From the NCBI GenBank assembly GCA_963663765.2, contig CAXXUA010000003.1, forward strand, positions 32,001 through 96,000: a DNA stretch of 64,000 nt. Reading direction: 5' to 3'. Below the pieces are notes generated by a model. That model saw nothing but the letters and a program-made list of their open reading frames with translations, was not told where the DNA came from and searched no databases. This document shows, piece after piece, positions 31,408-42,434 of the stretch. The position numbers and the translations under genes were made by a program. Numbering within the stretch: the stretch's first letter is position 1; each line of letters starts with the position of its first letter. The DNA comes from Candidatus Poribacteria bacterium (GTDB lineage: Bacteria; Poribacteria; WGA-4E; WGA-3G).

Positions 31408-32886
31408 ATGGACCCAATTAAGGAATATCTACAACTTGAAACACGCCGCCAATTTTTTGGTAAGTGTGCGATGGGACTTGGTGGTGCAGCTCTCGCCTCA
31501 ATGCTGCCGAGTAGTATTGTGAACGCACTTGAACAGCAAGCGGGAACACGTATCGGTGGTTTACCTGAATTACCGCACTTTGCACCGAAAGCAAAACGGG
31601 CTATCTATCTATTTATGTCTGGCGCGCCCTCACAGATGGACCTGTTTGATTACAAACCGAAGATGGGTGAATGGTTTGATAAAGACCTGCCAGAAACGGT
31701 GCGGATGGGACAACGTCTTACAACGATGACCTCTGGACAAGCGCGTTTCCCAATTGCACCGTCTATTTTTGAGTTCAAGCAGTACGATAACGGTAGTGAC
31801 GGTGTATGGCTTAGTGAGTTGTTACCGCATACCGCATCTATGGTAAAAGATATTGCCATTATCAAAAGTGTTCACACCGAGGCGATCAACCATGACCCAG
31901 CTATCACGTTTGTGTGTACCGGTGATGAAACACCCGGCAAACCGAGCCTCGGTGCGTGGCTTAGTTATGGACTCGGTAGTGAGAACCAGAATCTGCCGGC
32001 ATTCATTGTAATGAACGCGACTTGGAGCGGTCCGAAGGGCGCACAAGCACTTTACAACCGCCTCTGGGGTGCCGGGTTCCTCCCATCCGAACATCAAGGT
32101 GTGTTACTCCGAAGCCAAGGCGATCCTGTGCTATTTCTCTCAAATCCTAAAGGCATGAGTGAAAAAGCACGCAAACGCATGCTTGATTCACTTGTCAAAC
32201 TGAATGAAGAACTCTACGAGGAGGTCGGCGATCCAGAAACGCACGCACGTATTTCTCAATATGAGATGGCGTTCCGTATGCAGACCTCAGTCCCTGAACT
32301 CACTGATCTTAAACAGGAATCTGATAAAGTTAAAGAGATGTATGGTCCTGAAGTAAGCACCCCCGGGACGTTTGCGAACTGCTGTATCCTTGCACGTCGG
32401 ATGATGGAGCGGGATGTCCGTTTAGTTCAAATCTTCCATCGTGGTTGGGACCAGCACGGTGACCTACCCAAGAACATTCGGAATCAGGCGCGCGATATTG
32501 ACCAACCTGCAACAGCACTCGTCCAAGACCTGAAACAACGCGGCATGCTTGATGAAACACTTGTTGTTTGGGGTGGTGAATTCGGTCGGACTGTTTACTG
32601 CCAAGGTGCGCTTAAGAAGGATAATTATGGACGCGATCATCACCCGAAATGCTTTACGCTTTGGATGGCAGGCGGGGGTATAAAAGGTGGCATCGTTCAC
32701 GGAGAAACAGATGATTTCAGTTACAACATCGTCAAAGACCCTGTTTCTGTGCGCGACCTAAACGCTACGATTCTCAATCAACTCGGAATTGATCATGAAA
32801 GGTTGACCTTTAAGTTCCAAGGACTTGACCATAGGTTGACTGGTGTTGAGGAGAAAGCGCATGTTGTCAATGAGATTTTGGCGTAA
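31408..32886 (+). CDS. DUF1501 domain protein (Tat-like signal), copy 1
   Basis: Motifs [34 protein letters not shown] and GRDHH. Confidence 0.92.
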   Translation: MDPIKEYLQLETRRQFFGKCAMGLGGAALASMLPSSIVNALEQQAGTRIGGLPELPHFAPKAKRAIYLFMSGAPSQMDLFDYKPKMGEWFDKDLPETVRMGQRLTTMTSGQARFPIAPSIFEFKQYDNGSDGVWLSELLPHTASMVKDIAIIKSVHTEAINHDPAITFVCTGDETPGKPSLGAWLSYGLGSENQNLPAFIVMNATWSGPKGAQALYNRLWGAGFLPSEHQGVLLRSQGDPVLFLSNPKGMSEKARKRMLDSLVKLNEELYEEVGDPETHARISQYEMAFRMQTSVPELTDLKQESDKVKEMYGPEVSTPGTFANCCILARRMMERDVRLVQIFHRGWDQHGDLPKNIRNQARDIDQPATALVQDLKQRGMLDETLVVWGGEFGRTVYCQGALKKDNYGRDHHPKCFTLWMAGGGIKGGIVHGETDDFSYNIVKDPVSVRDLNATILNQLGIDHERLTFKFQGLDHRLTGVEEKAHVVNEILA

Positions 32887-32935
32887 CCTTAAAATTTGCT
32901 GATAGTCGCGCGTTTTGTCCGCGCGTCTTTAGGTA

Positions 32936-33162
32936 ATACCATTTCTAATAAATAATGTCTCTTTTTTGAGCATCAAACTTTTGGTTTGGGTTTCCGTATA
33001 AGACTAGAGCATATCTCATAAATCATTCTTATAGAAATAACGGGCGGGGAGACCCCGCCCCTACGATGATAACGATAGGTGACAATCTAACCATTTGATT
33101 ATGAGATTCGTTCTACATTTCACAAAAACCTGCAATGCAATATGTTTTTTTAGAAATGGTAT
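32936..33162. mobile_element. IS630-like MITE containing a nested IS5-like MITE (33007..33113) with a REP hairpin
   Basis: Outer TIR ATACCATTTCTAA / TTAGAAATGGTAT; inner GAGCATATCTCATAA...TTATGAGATTCGTTC flanked by TA. Confidence 0.75.
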
Positions 33163-33235
33163 TACAACATCTTTTGAAGATTAATGTATAATTATGGTGC
33201 GGTTAATTGACCTGACTTCCCATTGAGGTGATATT

Positions 33236-35323
33236 ATGAAAAATTACTGTTTTATGTTCATCATATTCATAGTTTCGGTTACCTATGCATATAGTGACGC
33301 TGTGACAATACCGGATGCCAACTTAACCGCCGCTGTGCGTAAAGCACTTGATTTAGGTCCAACGGATCCTATTCTGCAAAGTGAATTGGAAGAATTGGAG
33401 ATGCTGCATGCCTATAAAAAAGAGATAAAAGACCTAACAGGACTGGAAAAAGCAACAGGATTAACGATCATAAATTTGCGCGAAAATCAAATCAGTGATC
33501 TCTCGCCACTCACTAAGTTGACAAAATTGACAGTACTAAACCTCATGGAAAATCAAATCAGTGATATCATGCCACTCACTAAGTTGATACAGTTAAAGAA
33601 ATTATACCTATCGGATAACCAAATCAGTGACATCACGCTGTTCACTAAGTTGACACAGTTGACAGAACTACATCTCATGGATAATCAAATCAGTGATATC
33701 ACACCGATTGCTAAGTTGACACAGTTGACAGAACTACATCTCGCGAATAATCAAATCAATGATATCACACCGATTGCTAAGTTAACGCAACTGAAAGAGT
33801 TATGGCTCAATAACAATCAAATCAGTGACATTACACCGATTGCTAAGTTGACAAAGTTGACATTATTATCTCTTGATCGTAATCAAATCAGTAATATCAC
33901 ACCGATTTCTGGTTTAACAGAGCTCACAACACTGTGGCTACACAGAAATCAGATCAGCGACATTACTCCCGTTGAAAATTTAACAGGTTTAACGCGCTTA
34001 ACTGTCAAAGGAAATCCAATTCAGGATATAGAACCACTTCAGAGGTTACTGACACGACTCCCGAATTTGAGATCAGATATTCAGGTAGGTGCCCCGGACC
34101 CTACAATTCCTGATCGCAACTTAGCCAACGTTGTCCGTGAGGCACTCCGTCTGGGACGCAACGACATTATTCCACCAGAGAAGTTGGAAAAATTAGAGCA
34201 GTTGCATGCCTATAACAAAGGCATAAAAGACCTAACAGGACTGGAAAAAGCAACCAGTTTAATGACTTTACAACTTCGCAAGAATCAAATTAGTGATCTC
34301 ACACCGCTTAGTGAATTAACGAAATTAACAGGATTGTACCTCAAGGAAAATCAAATCAGTGATCTCACACCGCTCAGTGGATTAACAAAGTTAACAGAAC
34401 TATCCCTCGGTGAAAACCAGATCAGCGACATAAAACCAATTGCCAACTTGAAACAGATAACAAAGTTATGGCTCTGGGGAAATCAGATTAGTGATATAAT
34501 ACCAATCAGTGGGTTGACGCAATTGTCTGAGTTGTGGCTGAGTGAAAATCAGATCAACGACATAAAATCGATCAAAAATTTGACGCAGTTGACAACGTTA
34601 CGCCTTCATGAAAATCAGATCAATGACATCACACCTCTAACAGAATTGGTTTCGTTAGTAGAGTTAAATATCGGAGGTAATTTAATTGACGATATAAAAC
34701 CGCTTGCTGAATTAAATCTACTGACAAAGTTATGGGTTTGGCGGAATCAAATCAGTGACATTACCCCACTCAAGGATCTAACGCAATTAACCCACTTATA
34801 TCTTAGGGATAATCAGATTAGTGACATCACACAACTCACTAAATTGAAGCGATTAGTGGCGTTAAATCTACAAAGGAATCAGATTAGTGACATCGCACCA
34901 CTCGCGGGGTTAACGGAGATGACAGATTTAGCACTCGGTGGGAATGAAATTAGTGACATCACACCACTCGCTGGCATGAAACAATTGGCTTGGATATGGA
35001 TTTGGGGAAACCGTATTACTGACATTACACCACTTGCTAAGTTAACACAATTGACAATATTGCATCTTAACAGAAACCAAATCAGCGACATAAAACCGCT
35101 TGCTGGATTAACAAAATTAAAAGAATTAGTGCTCTCTGCTAATCAAATCAGTGATTTTAGCTATACTAAAAACCTTACAAATCTAAACCGGTTAACTGTA
35201 GGACAAAATCCAATTCAGGATATGGAACCACTCAAAAAACTCTTGAAACAGATTCCAGACTTAAAATTGGATATCCCAGCACCAGTGGAACTGAATATTC
35301 AACCACCACCTGCAAACAGGTAA
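33236..35323 (+). CDS. secreted internalin-like LRR protein
   Basis: Signal peptide, two IPD.NL caps, 22-aa LRRs, GAGG RBS. Confidence 0.92.
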   Translation: MKNYCFMFIIFIVSVTYAYSDAVTIPDANLTAAVRKALDLGPTDPILQSELEELEMLHAYKKEIKDLTGLEKATGLTIINLRENQISDLSPLTKLTKLTVLNLMENQISDIMPLTKLIQLKKLYLSDNQISDITLFTKLTQLTELHLMDNQISDITPIAKLTQLTELHLANNQINDITPIAKLTQLKELWLNNNQISDITPIAKLTKLTLLSLDRNQISNITPISGLTELTTLWLHRNQISDITPVENLTGLTRLTVKGNPIQDIEPLQRLLTRLPNLRSDIQVGAPDPTIPDRNLANVVREALRLGRNDIIPPEKLEKLEQLHAYNKGIKDLTGLEKATSLMTLQLRKNQISDLTPLSELTKLTGLYLKENQISDLTPLSGLTKLTELSLGENQISDIKPIANLKQITKLWLWGNQISDIIPISGLTQLSELWLSENQINDIKSIKNLTQLTTLRLHENQINDITPLTELVSLVELNIGGNLIDDIKPLAELNLLTKLWVWRNQISDITPLKDLTQLTHLYLRDNQISDITQLTKLKRLVALNLQRNQISDIAPLAGLTEMTDLALGGNEISDITPLAGMKQLAWIWIWGNRITDITPLAKLTQLTILHLNRNQISDIKPLAGLTKLKELVLSANQISDFSYTKNLTNLNRLTVGQNPIQDMEPLKKLLKQIPDLKLDIPAPVELNIQPPPANR

Positions 35324-35374
35324 AGCGTAGCAATGCCCCAAATAGGCAGCAGACATTGCAAAAGGAGATAAACA

Positions 35375-36853
35375 ATGGACCCGATTAAGGAATATTTGAA
35401 ACTTGAAACACGTCGTCAGTTCTTCGGCAAATGTGCGATGGGACTCGGTGGTGCAGCCCTTACCTCACTGCTGCCAAATAGCATAGCAAATGCTCTTGAA
35501 CAGCAAGCAGGCACAAAGTTTGGCGGTTTACCAGAACTACCACACTTTGCACCGAAAGCAAAACGTGCAATCTATCTATTTATGTCCGGTGCGCCCTCAC
35601 AGATGGACATGTTTGACTATAAACCGCAGATGGGTGAATGGTTTGATAAAGACCTGCCAGAAACGGTACGGATGGGACAACGTCTTACAACGATGACCTC
35701 CGGACAAAAACGTTTTCCAATTGCCCCATCTATCTTTGAATTCAAACAGCATGATAATGGTAATGAGGGTGTATGGCTTAGCGAGTTGCTACCGCATACC
35801 GCAACTATGGTCAAAGACATCGCAATTGTAAAATCGTTACACACCGATGCGATTAACCACGATCCTGCTATTACCTTTGTTTGCACAGGTGATGAAACAC
35901 CCGGCAAACCGAGCCTCGGTGCATGGCTCAGTTATGGGTTAGGCACGGAAAACAAAAATTTGCCATCCTTTATTGTGATGAATGCGACTTGGACAGGTAG
36001 GAAGTCAGCCCAAGCATTATATAACAGACTTTGGGGTTCGGGATTCCTACCTTCCGAGCATCAAGGTGTGCTGCTTCGTAGTCAAGGCGATCCAGTGCTG
36101 TTTCTGTCAAATCCGAAAGGTATGAGTGAAAAGTCGCGCAAACGCATGCTTGACTCTCTGGTCAAACTGAACGAAGAACTATACGAGGAAGTGGGTGATC
36201 CTGAAACACATGCACGTATCACACAATATGAGATGGCATTCCGCATGCAGTCCTCTGTGCCGGAACTTACGGATTTGAATCAGGAACCGGATAAAGTCAA
36301 GGAGATGTACGGTCCCGATGTCAACAAACCTGGTACATTTGCACACTGTTGTATCCTTGCACGCCGGATGATGGAACGTGATGTCCGTCTCGTTCAAATT
36401 TTCCATCGCGGTTGGGACCAGCACGGCAACCTCCCGAATGACATTCGGAACCAATGCCGTGATATTGACCAACCGGCAACAGCACTCGTCCAAGACCTGA
36501 AACAGCGCGGCATGCTTGATGAAACACTTGTTGTTTGGGGTGGTGAATTTGGTCGGACTGTTTACTGTCAAGGTGCACTCAAAAAAGATAACTACGGACG
36601 TGATCATCACCCGAAGTGCTTCACGCTTTGGATGGCAGGTGGAGGTATAAAAGGTGGAATCGTTCACGGTGAAACAGATGACTTCAGTTACAACATCGTC
36701 AAAGACCCAGTTTCGGTGCGCGACCTAAACGCTACGATACTTAATCAACTCGGTATTGATCACGAAAGGTTGACCTACAAGTTTCAAGGACTTGACCATC
36801 GGTTGACTGGTGTTGAGGAAAAAGCGCGGGTTGTCAACGAAATATTGGCATAA
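35375..36853 (+). CDS. DUF1501 domain protein, copy 2
   Basis: Same length (492 aa) and highly similar to 31408..32886. Confidence 0.92.
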   Translation: MDPIKEYLKLETRRQFFGKCAMGLGGAALTSLLPNSIANALEQQAGTKFGGLPELPHFAPKAKRAIYLFMSGAPSQMDMFDYKPQMGEWFDKDLPETVRMGQRLTTMTSGQKRFPIAPSIFEFKQHDNGNEGVWLSELLPHTATMVKDIAIVKSLHTDAINHDPAITFVCTGDETPGKPSLGAWLSYGLGTENKNLPSFIVMNATWTGRKSAQALYNRLWGSGFLPSEHQGVLLRSQGDPVLFLSNPKGMSEKSRKRMLDSLVKLNEELYEEVGDPETHARITQYEMAFRMQSSVPELTDLNQEPDKVKEMYGPDVNKPGTFAHCCILARRMMERDVRLVQIFHRGWDQHGNLPNDIRNQCRDIDQPATALVQDLKQRGMLDETLVVWGGEFGRTVYCQGALKKDNYGRDHHPKCFTLWMAGGGIKGGIVHGETDDFSYNIVKDPVSVRDLNATILNQLGIDHERLTYKFQGLDHRLTGVEEKARVVNEILA

Positions 36854-37002
36854 CCTAAGCATTACGGGTTGGCGTGTTCTGTAAGTGTGACATCTAAAAA
36901 AAGTTGAACTGCTGTATTTCTATCTCTGTCTAAATACATAACTTTTGCTTCTACATTTTTTAGATGTATGGAGTTCACATGCAAGTCTACCATGGCACTG
37001 AA

Positions 37003-37399
37003 CAGGGTTATTCAGTTTTCAATATTTTTGATAATATTTTGCTATGTCGTTAATTTTGTGTGATACCATCTTGTCCATGTCTTTAGTCCCATAGGGACGA
37101 TATGTTTATAGAAAATGTTTTCTACCCCAATAAAGTTCCATAGGAACGACATAGAAGAATAAACATATCGTCTCTACGGCACTAAAGATGATGTACTCAG
37201 GACTTACGCAGTTTTCATGATTTGATCAAGAATTATGACGAAAATGGTGTAATTTTCAGCATTTTTTCGGTTTCCGGCGCCAAATCAACGGTATGAATGC
37301 CTTTTGGCATTCCCCGCCTACAAAGCGCCAAATCAAGAAATCAACGGTATGAATGCCATTTAGGCATTCCCCGCCTACCGTTGGGTGCGTAAGTCCTGA
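37003..37399. mobile_element. truncated CAGGG MITE abutting a TCAGGACTTACGCA-TIR MITE (37197..37399)
   Basis: Perfect 14-bp TIR TCAGGACTTACGCA / TGCGTAAGTCCTGA; the internal REP carries two micro-element insertions. Confidence 0.8.
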
Positions 37400-37478
37400 T
37401 AATGTTATTATTTTTACCATTGATTTGAATTAGTATAGTCATAGATTTTCACGAATATGAAAATGAACAGGAGATGTA

Positions 37479-38336
37479 ATGAACACACAATCAACGCCAC
37501 AAGAACAGGGTTTTCGCTTGAGCACAGATGAACTTTCATTTTGGAACGAAAACGGGTATCTCGTCCGTTTAGCTGTATTTAACGTTGAAGAAAATGACGC
37601 ACTCCGTCAAGTTGCTGAAGATGTTGTTGACGGTAAACGTCCATTTCCGTCCGCACACATTGATCAGAACGCTCTTGTGAGAGATGGCAAGATTGAAGAA
37701 CAAGGCATTTATGCGATGCACAAAATCCATCATCCGAGTTGTTTTATCCCCGAATTCCTTGCCCGTGTGCGTGATCCGCGTTTAACTGACCCACTTGTTG
37801 ATTTGATGGGACCAGATATACTCGGAATCAACAATCTATTTATCTGGAAAGCACCTAAGATTGGTCTCGGTTTTCCTTGGCATCAAGACAAATTTTATTT
37901 TCGGAATAGATTTAATACGGAAACAACCATCGGGACGTGGACAGCGATTGACCCTGCGGATCGGGAAAACGGGTGTTTATATGTTATCCCCGGTAGCCAT
38001 AAACACGATATTTATATCCATGATGATCTTGAAGGTTCACAACAACGGGAATTTAAGTTGGCACGCGATGCACGCGATGAAGATGGCGTTGCAGTTGAAG
38101 TGCCACCCGGCTCAGTTGTCTGGTTTCACAGTCATCTCCTTCATAAGAGCACGGACAACCACAGTCTGCGGTTTCGACGTAGTTACGTTTCGCATTACCT
38201 GAGCGCACAAGCAGAATGGGCAAATCACAACGGTTCGTATAAAGGACAGCCGATAATGTGGATTCGCGGTAAAACCTATCCTGATAAGGTGCATGAAGTT
38301 CAACGCGAAGTGTTACCTGTTCCTGAAGAAGAATGA
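37479..38336 (+). CDS. phytanoyl-CoA dioxygenase family protein
   Basis: WHQD, ENGCL...PGSH and H..H.S..N.S..FR motifs. Confidence 0.92.
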   Translation: MNTQSTPQEQGFRLSTDELSFWNENGYLVRLAVFNVEENDALRQVAEDVVDGKRPFPSAHIDQNALVRDGKIEEQGIYAMHKIHHPSCFIPEFLARVRDPRLTDPLVDLMGPDILGINNLFIWKAPKIGLGFPWHQDKFYFRNRFNTETTIGTWTAIDPADRENGCLYVIPGSHKHDIYIHDDLEGSQQREFKLARDARDEDGVAVEVPPGSVVWFHSHLLHKSTDNHSLRFRRSYVSHYLSAQAEWANHNGSYKGQPIMWIRGKTYPDKVHEVQREVLPVPEEE

Positions 38337-38379
38337 TGTTCTATGAATTCTCACACAGATTGAATTATAATTGAGAAAG

Positions 38380-39537
38380 ATGAAAAAACTAAAAGCAGTT
38401 GTTGTTGGTGCAGGCTGGTCTGCGGAGGGTCACACAAAGGCGTTTCAGCATTACGGTGTTGAGGTGCTTGCTATCTGTGCGCGCAAACCAGAGATTGTGC
38501 AAAAAGTTGCACATAGATTAGGTGTGCCTGACGCTTCAATTGATTGGCGAAAGAGTCTGTTGGAACATAAACCAGATATCGTCGCGCTCACAACGCCTGC
38601 TATTTTGAGAACAGAAGTCATTGAGTTAGCAGTAGAACTCGGTTGTCATATCTTATGTGAGAAACCGTTGGCTCTAAACGCCGAAGCAGCAACTCATATT
38701 TACCACCTCATCAAAGACACAGACTTGAAACACGGCTTTGCTGCAACGCACCGATACGACCCCAGCGTTGCTTACATACGCCAACTACTGACACAGGAGA
38801 AGGTCATCGGAGATATAACTGCCGTTGATGTAGGATACACCCGCCGAATTCCTGGTCCCCCTTCAGATAAGGTTAAGCCGTGGAATTGGATGAGTTCTCT
38901 TTCACACGGTGGCGGCGTATTGAACAACGGACTTACACACCGACTCGGTATGTTGGAACGCATGACAGGTATGGAAGTTACCTCTGCAGTCGGTGAGGCG
39001 AAAATCTATCCGAGAAAAGCACCAGTCGTGCCAGAAATTCGAGACTGGCGGGTGTGGAGAAGCACAATGATCACTCGAGAAGAAGCATCAAAACTTGAGT
39101 GGCGAGAAACTGACGCTGAATGGGATTATTCTGCATTCTTCAAGTTAGGACATCCAAACGCTGATACTGACAATTCAATACTCGTGACGATGCACACTAA
39201 TCCTGGAGTGCCATCACACAGACCCACCGGCGGTTGGTTCTTCTATGGAACACACGGCACACTTGTCGGGAGAGGTGGACACATCCTGCATCCTATCACT
39301 AAGCATTCGGGAGAGAAAGTTGTTGAGTTGAATGTTCCCCAAAATCTGATAGATGATCTACCCCAAATCGGTGACGAAATCCAAAATAAGTGGACTGCTC
39401 TCGTCCGTGATGTCCTTGCAGATATAAACGGAGAACGGCATGAACCCTATTTGACGTTCTATGATGGGTGGCGATACCAAACCGCTATTGATGCTATACG
39501 GGCAAGCAAGGGCTGGGCGCAGATGTTACACACATAG
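38380..39537 (+). CDS. Gfo/Idh/MocA family oxidoreductase
   Basis: Rossmann VVGAG, HILCEKP and GGG motifs. Confidence 0.9.
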   Translation: MKKLKAVVVGAGWSAEGHTKAFQHYGVEVLAICARKPEIVQKVAHRLGVPDASIDWRKSLLEHKPDIVALTTPAILRTEVIELAVELGCHILCEKPLALNAEAATHIYHLIKDTDLKHGFAATHRYDPSVAYIRQLLTQEKVIGDITAVDVGYTRRIPGPPSDKVKPWNWMSSLSHGGGVLNNGLTHRLGMLERMTGMEVTSAVGEAKIYPRKAPVVPEIRDWRVWRSTMITREEASKLEWRETDAEWDYSAFFKLGHPNADTDNSILVTMHTNPGVPSHRPTGGWFFYGTHGTLVGRGGHILHPITKHSGEKVVELNVPQNLIDDLPQIGDEIQNKWTALVRDVLADINGERHEPYLTFYDGWRYQTAIDAIRASKGWAQMLHT

Positions 39538-39772
39538 CCGTGGCAGGCTTCGTTATAATACTTATTGTCTCATCCTTTTCTCAGGCTTATTTAGTTTTCA
39601 ATATTTTTGATATTATTTTGCTATGTTACGACTTGTGCCAGTTAACCAAATGTTTTTATAGTTATCACATATATTAGGTTTATAATGCACACATATCGTC
39701 CCTAATGAAGATTAATTTATTAATCGGGTTATATAGTAAAACTCGTAATTATTAGCACATGCTGCACGGAAC

Positions 39773-40846
39773 GTAGGGGTTGGGTAACCCAACCCCATAG
39801 GCGTCAATTTAAGAAAAAAGTGTTAGCATTTCTCTTGTGGGAGGGGTTTTCAACCCCGATATGACAGAAGATCTACATAAAATCGGGGTTGAAAACCCCT
39901 CCCACAAGAGGTGAAAATCCTTAAGTTGAAAACCCCTCCCACAAGAGGTGAAAACCCTTAAGTTGACGCTTATGGGGTTGGGTAACCCAACCCCTACAAA
40001 CGTGTTATGTGAGATTCTATCGCGGAGTGTAAATATATTTTCGGATTCTACTATAATATCTTTCTCCAACGGTAGGCGTGCTTTGTAAGCGCGCTGGCAC
40101 ATCAAGTCCCCTCAGCGCGCTTACAAAGCACGCCTGCAGTTGGGGAGCGCGCTTACAAAGCACGCCTGCAGTTGGGGAGCGCGCTTACAAAGCACGCCTG
40201 CAGTTGGGGAGCGCGCTTACAAAACACGCCTGCAGTTGGGGAGCGCGCTTACAAAGCACGCCTGCAGTTGGGGAGCGCGCTTACAAAGCACGCCTGCAGT
40301 TGAGGAGCGCGCTTACAAAACACGCCTGCAGTTGGGGGGAGCGCTTACAAAGCACCAAATCAACGGTATGAATGCCATTTAGGCATTCCCCGCCTACCAT
40401 CGGGGGCGCGCTTACAAAGCACCATAGGCGTTAATTTAAGAAAATATTGTTGTCATTTTTCTTGTGGGAGGGGTTTTCAACCCCGATTTGAGAGGAAAAG
40501 CGCATAAATTCGGGGTTGAAAACCCCTCCCACAAGAGGTCAAAATCCTTAAATTGACGCTTATGGGGTTGGGTAACCCAACCCCTACAAACGTGTTATGT
40601 GAGATTCTATCGTGGAGTGTAAATATATTTTCGGATTCTACTATAATATCTTTCTCCAACGGTAGGCGTGCTTTGTAAGCGCGCTGGCACATCAAGTCCC
40701 CTCAGCGCGCTTACAAAGCACGCCTGCAGTTGGGGAGCGCGCTTACAAAACACGCCTACTATGGGGGAGCGCTTACAAAGCACCAAATCAACAGTATGAA
40801 TGCCATTTAGGCATTCACCGCCTACCGTTGTGTGCGTAAGTCCTGC
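39773..40846. repeat. composite REP/MITE cluster with an internal duplication and a 32-bp REP tandem array
   Basis: CATAGG MITEs at 39796..39974 and about 40423..40564, each followed by the same ~190-bp block. About eight GCGCGCTTACAAAGCACGCCTGCAGTTGGGGA units start from 40114. Confidence 0.88.
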
Positions 40847-40864
40847 TTGGTTTCATTCAACTGA

Positions 40865-42020
40865 TACCAAATTAACGCGTGTCGTATTGTTTTTCCATTT
40901 TGCAAATCCACTGAAAACCGACGTGTGCCTGCACTTTCTTTTTGTTTTCGGAAAACCATTGACACCTTTTTACCAATACTTCTTCAAGTGCTGATAGTGT
41001 TGTCCAAACTTTATTCACAACCACCTCCCGCAACAGAGGCCATAGGCGTTCAGCAGGTTGAAGTTCCGGTGTATACGGCGGTAAAAAAAATAACTCAATC
41101 CCTTGTGGGACTTCTAAACCTTTACCCGTATGAAAACCCGCACGATCTAACAAGAGGATTATCTGTTTCTTGCCTTCCGGGTTCACATCACGAGCAAACT
41201 CTGCCAGCGCAAGGTTCATGATTTCAACACTCACACTCGGCATCAGAAGCCAATAGGTCTCACCTGTCTGCGGACGGACAAAACCGAAACTATAGAGCCA
41301 TTTATAGGCTGGACACACCGGGGCTACCGGTCTTTCACCTTGCTTCGCCCAGACACGCCGATGAACAGGTAATAAGCCTAAGCGCGTCTCGTCTTCTGCC
41401 CAAATCTCTACAGGTTTCTCCGGGTGCTGACTTTCAAGCGTAGCTACCCGATCCTTAAGTTTTTTTTTAAATGTTTGCTGTGCTTCGGGGGTTGCAGCAG
41501 CCTGATGTTGTGGACGAGGCGTTTGTAAAGTCCAACCGAGACGCTTGAGATATTTCCAACCTGACACATTACTGACAGGACGCTGAAGGGTCTCAGATAT
41601 CCACGCAGCTACCTTCGGACCTGTCCAAAGACCACCATCAGCAGGGGGCTCAGAAAGCACAGCTTCAAGTGCTGCTTGCTGTTTCTCATCCAAAAAACGC
41701 TTGCCTTTATTGTTTTTGCGTTTATCTTGTAGAGCTGTTTCCCCTTCTGCATTATAGCGTTTGAGCAACTTGCGAACCCAGTCCGGAGTGCATCCTACAA
41801 TCTCAGCAACTTCGCGGGGTGTGCGTGGATGTGTCGTATCAGCAAGAAGCCAAATAATATGCCAATGCGTCCGTTCCCGATGACATTTACATTCAAGATA
41901 CCTTTGTCTAAGAACTTCTACTGGAAAGTGAGGGAGAACCTCATGTTTTTTCTTTTTCATCTGTTCACAATAGCATATTTTCAAAAAAATATAAACAAGA
42001 ACTATTCCGTTAATACGGTA
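40865..42020 (-). mobile_element. IS630-family insertion sequence
   Basis: Ends TA-CCAAATTAACG ... CGTTAATACGG-TA. Confidence 0.85.
40872..41960 (-). CDS. IS630-family transposase
   Basis: HTH region, DETR, LDRAGFH and LPPYTPELQPAERLW motifs; start moved to MKKKKH inside the TIR. Confidence 0.93.
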   Translation of the reverse strand: MKKKKHEVLPHFPVEVLRQRYLECKCHRERTHWHIIWLLADTTHPRTPREVAEIVGCTPDWVRKLLKRYNAEGETALQDKRKNNKGKRFLDEKQQAALEAVLSEPPADGGLWTGPKVAAWISETLQRPVSNVSGWKYLKRLGWTLQTPRPQHQAAATPEAQQTFKKKLKDRVATLESQHPEKPVEIWAEDETRLGLLPVHRRVWAKQGERPVAPVCPAYKWLYSFGFVRPQTGETYWLLMPSVSVEIMNLALAEFARDVNPEGKKQIILLLDRAGFHTGKGLEVPQGIELFFLPPYTPELQPAERLWPLLREVVVNKVWTTLSALEEVLVKRCQWFSENKKKVQAHVGFQWICKMEKQYDTR

Positions 42021-42434
42021 TGAGATAATCCGCACCATCTTTATAATCCGACAGATCATGCAGAGTACTCGTCAATACCATACGCGTATTTAGCAGGTAT
42101 TTCAAGTATACTGCAACGGGAGTTCAACATTGATTTGTTGGTAAGCCAAAATCTGATATTCTGACATAAGTGGTGTCCTGATCTCTGATTACACGGATTT
42201 TGTGGAATAGTCTTCTTATTTGCGGACGTTCCCATCCAGTGAAAAACACCTTGAAATATCAAACAAAAAATCTGTGCACTCCGCGTAATCCGCGATTCAG
42301 ACAATTCCAGAAACTTTACCCACCCACACCAAAATCAATTGTTGACAGAATATGTGAATGAAAATATAATTGTCATTGGAAGTGCCGTAATTAGTCCAAC
42401 AAGCCACGACTTACTATATGTTCAAGGATTCCTT

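Noticed and set aside
41961-42304. N-terminal extension of the IS630 transposase and ORF 42056..42304
   Set aside because: The extension runs past the TIR, and the second ORF begins in a short-repeat element and has no recognisable motif.
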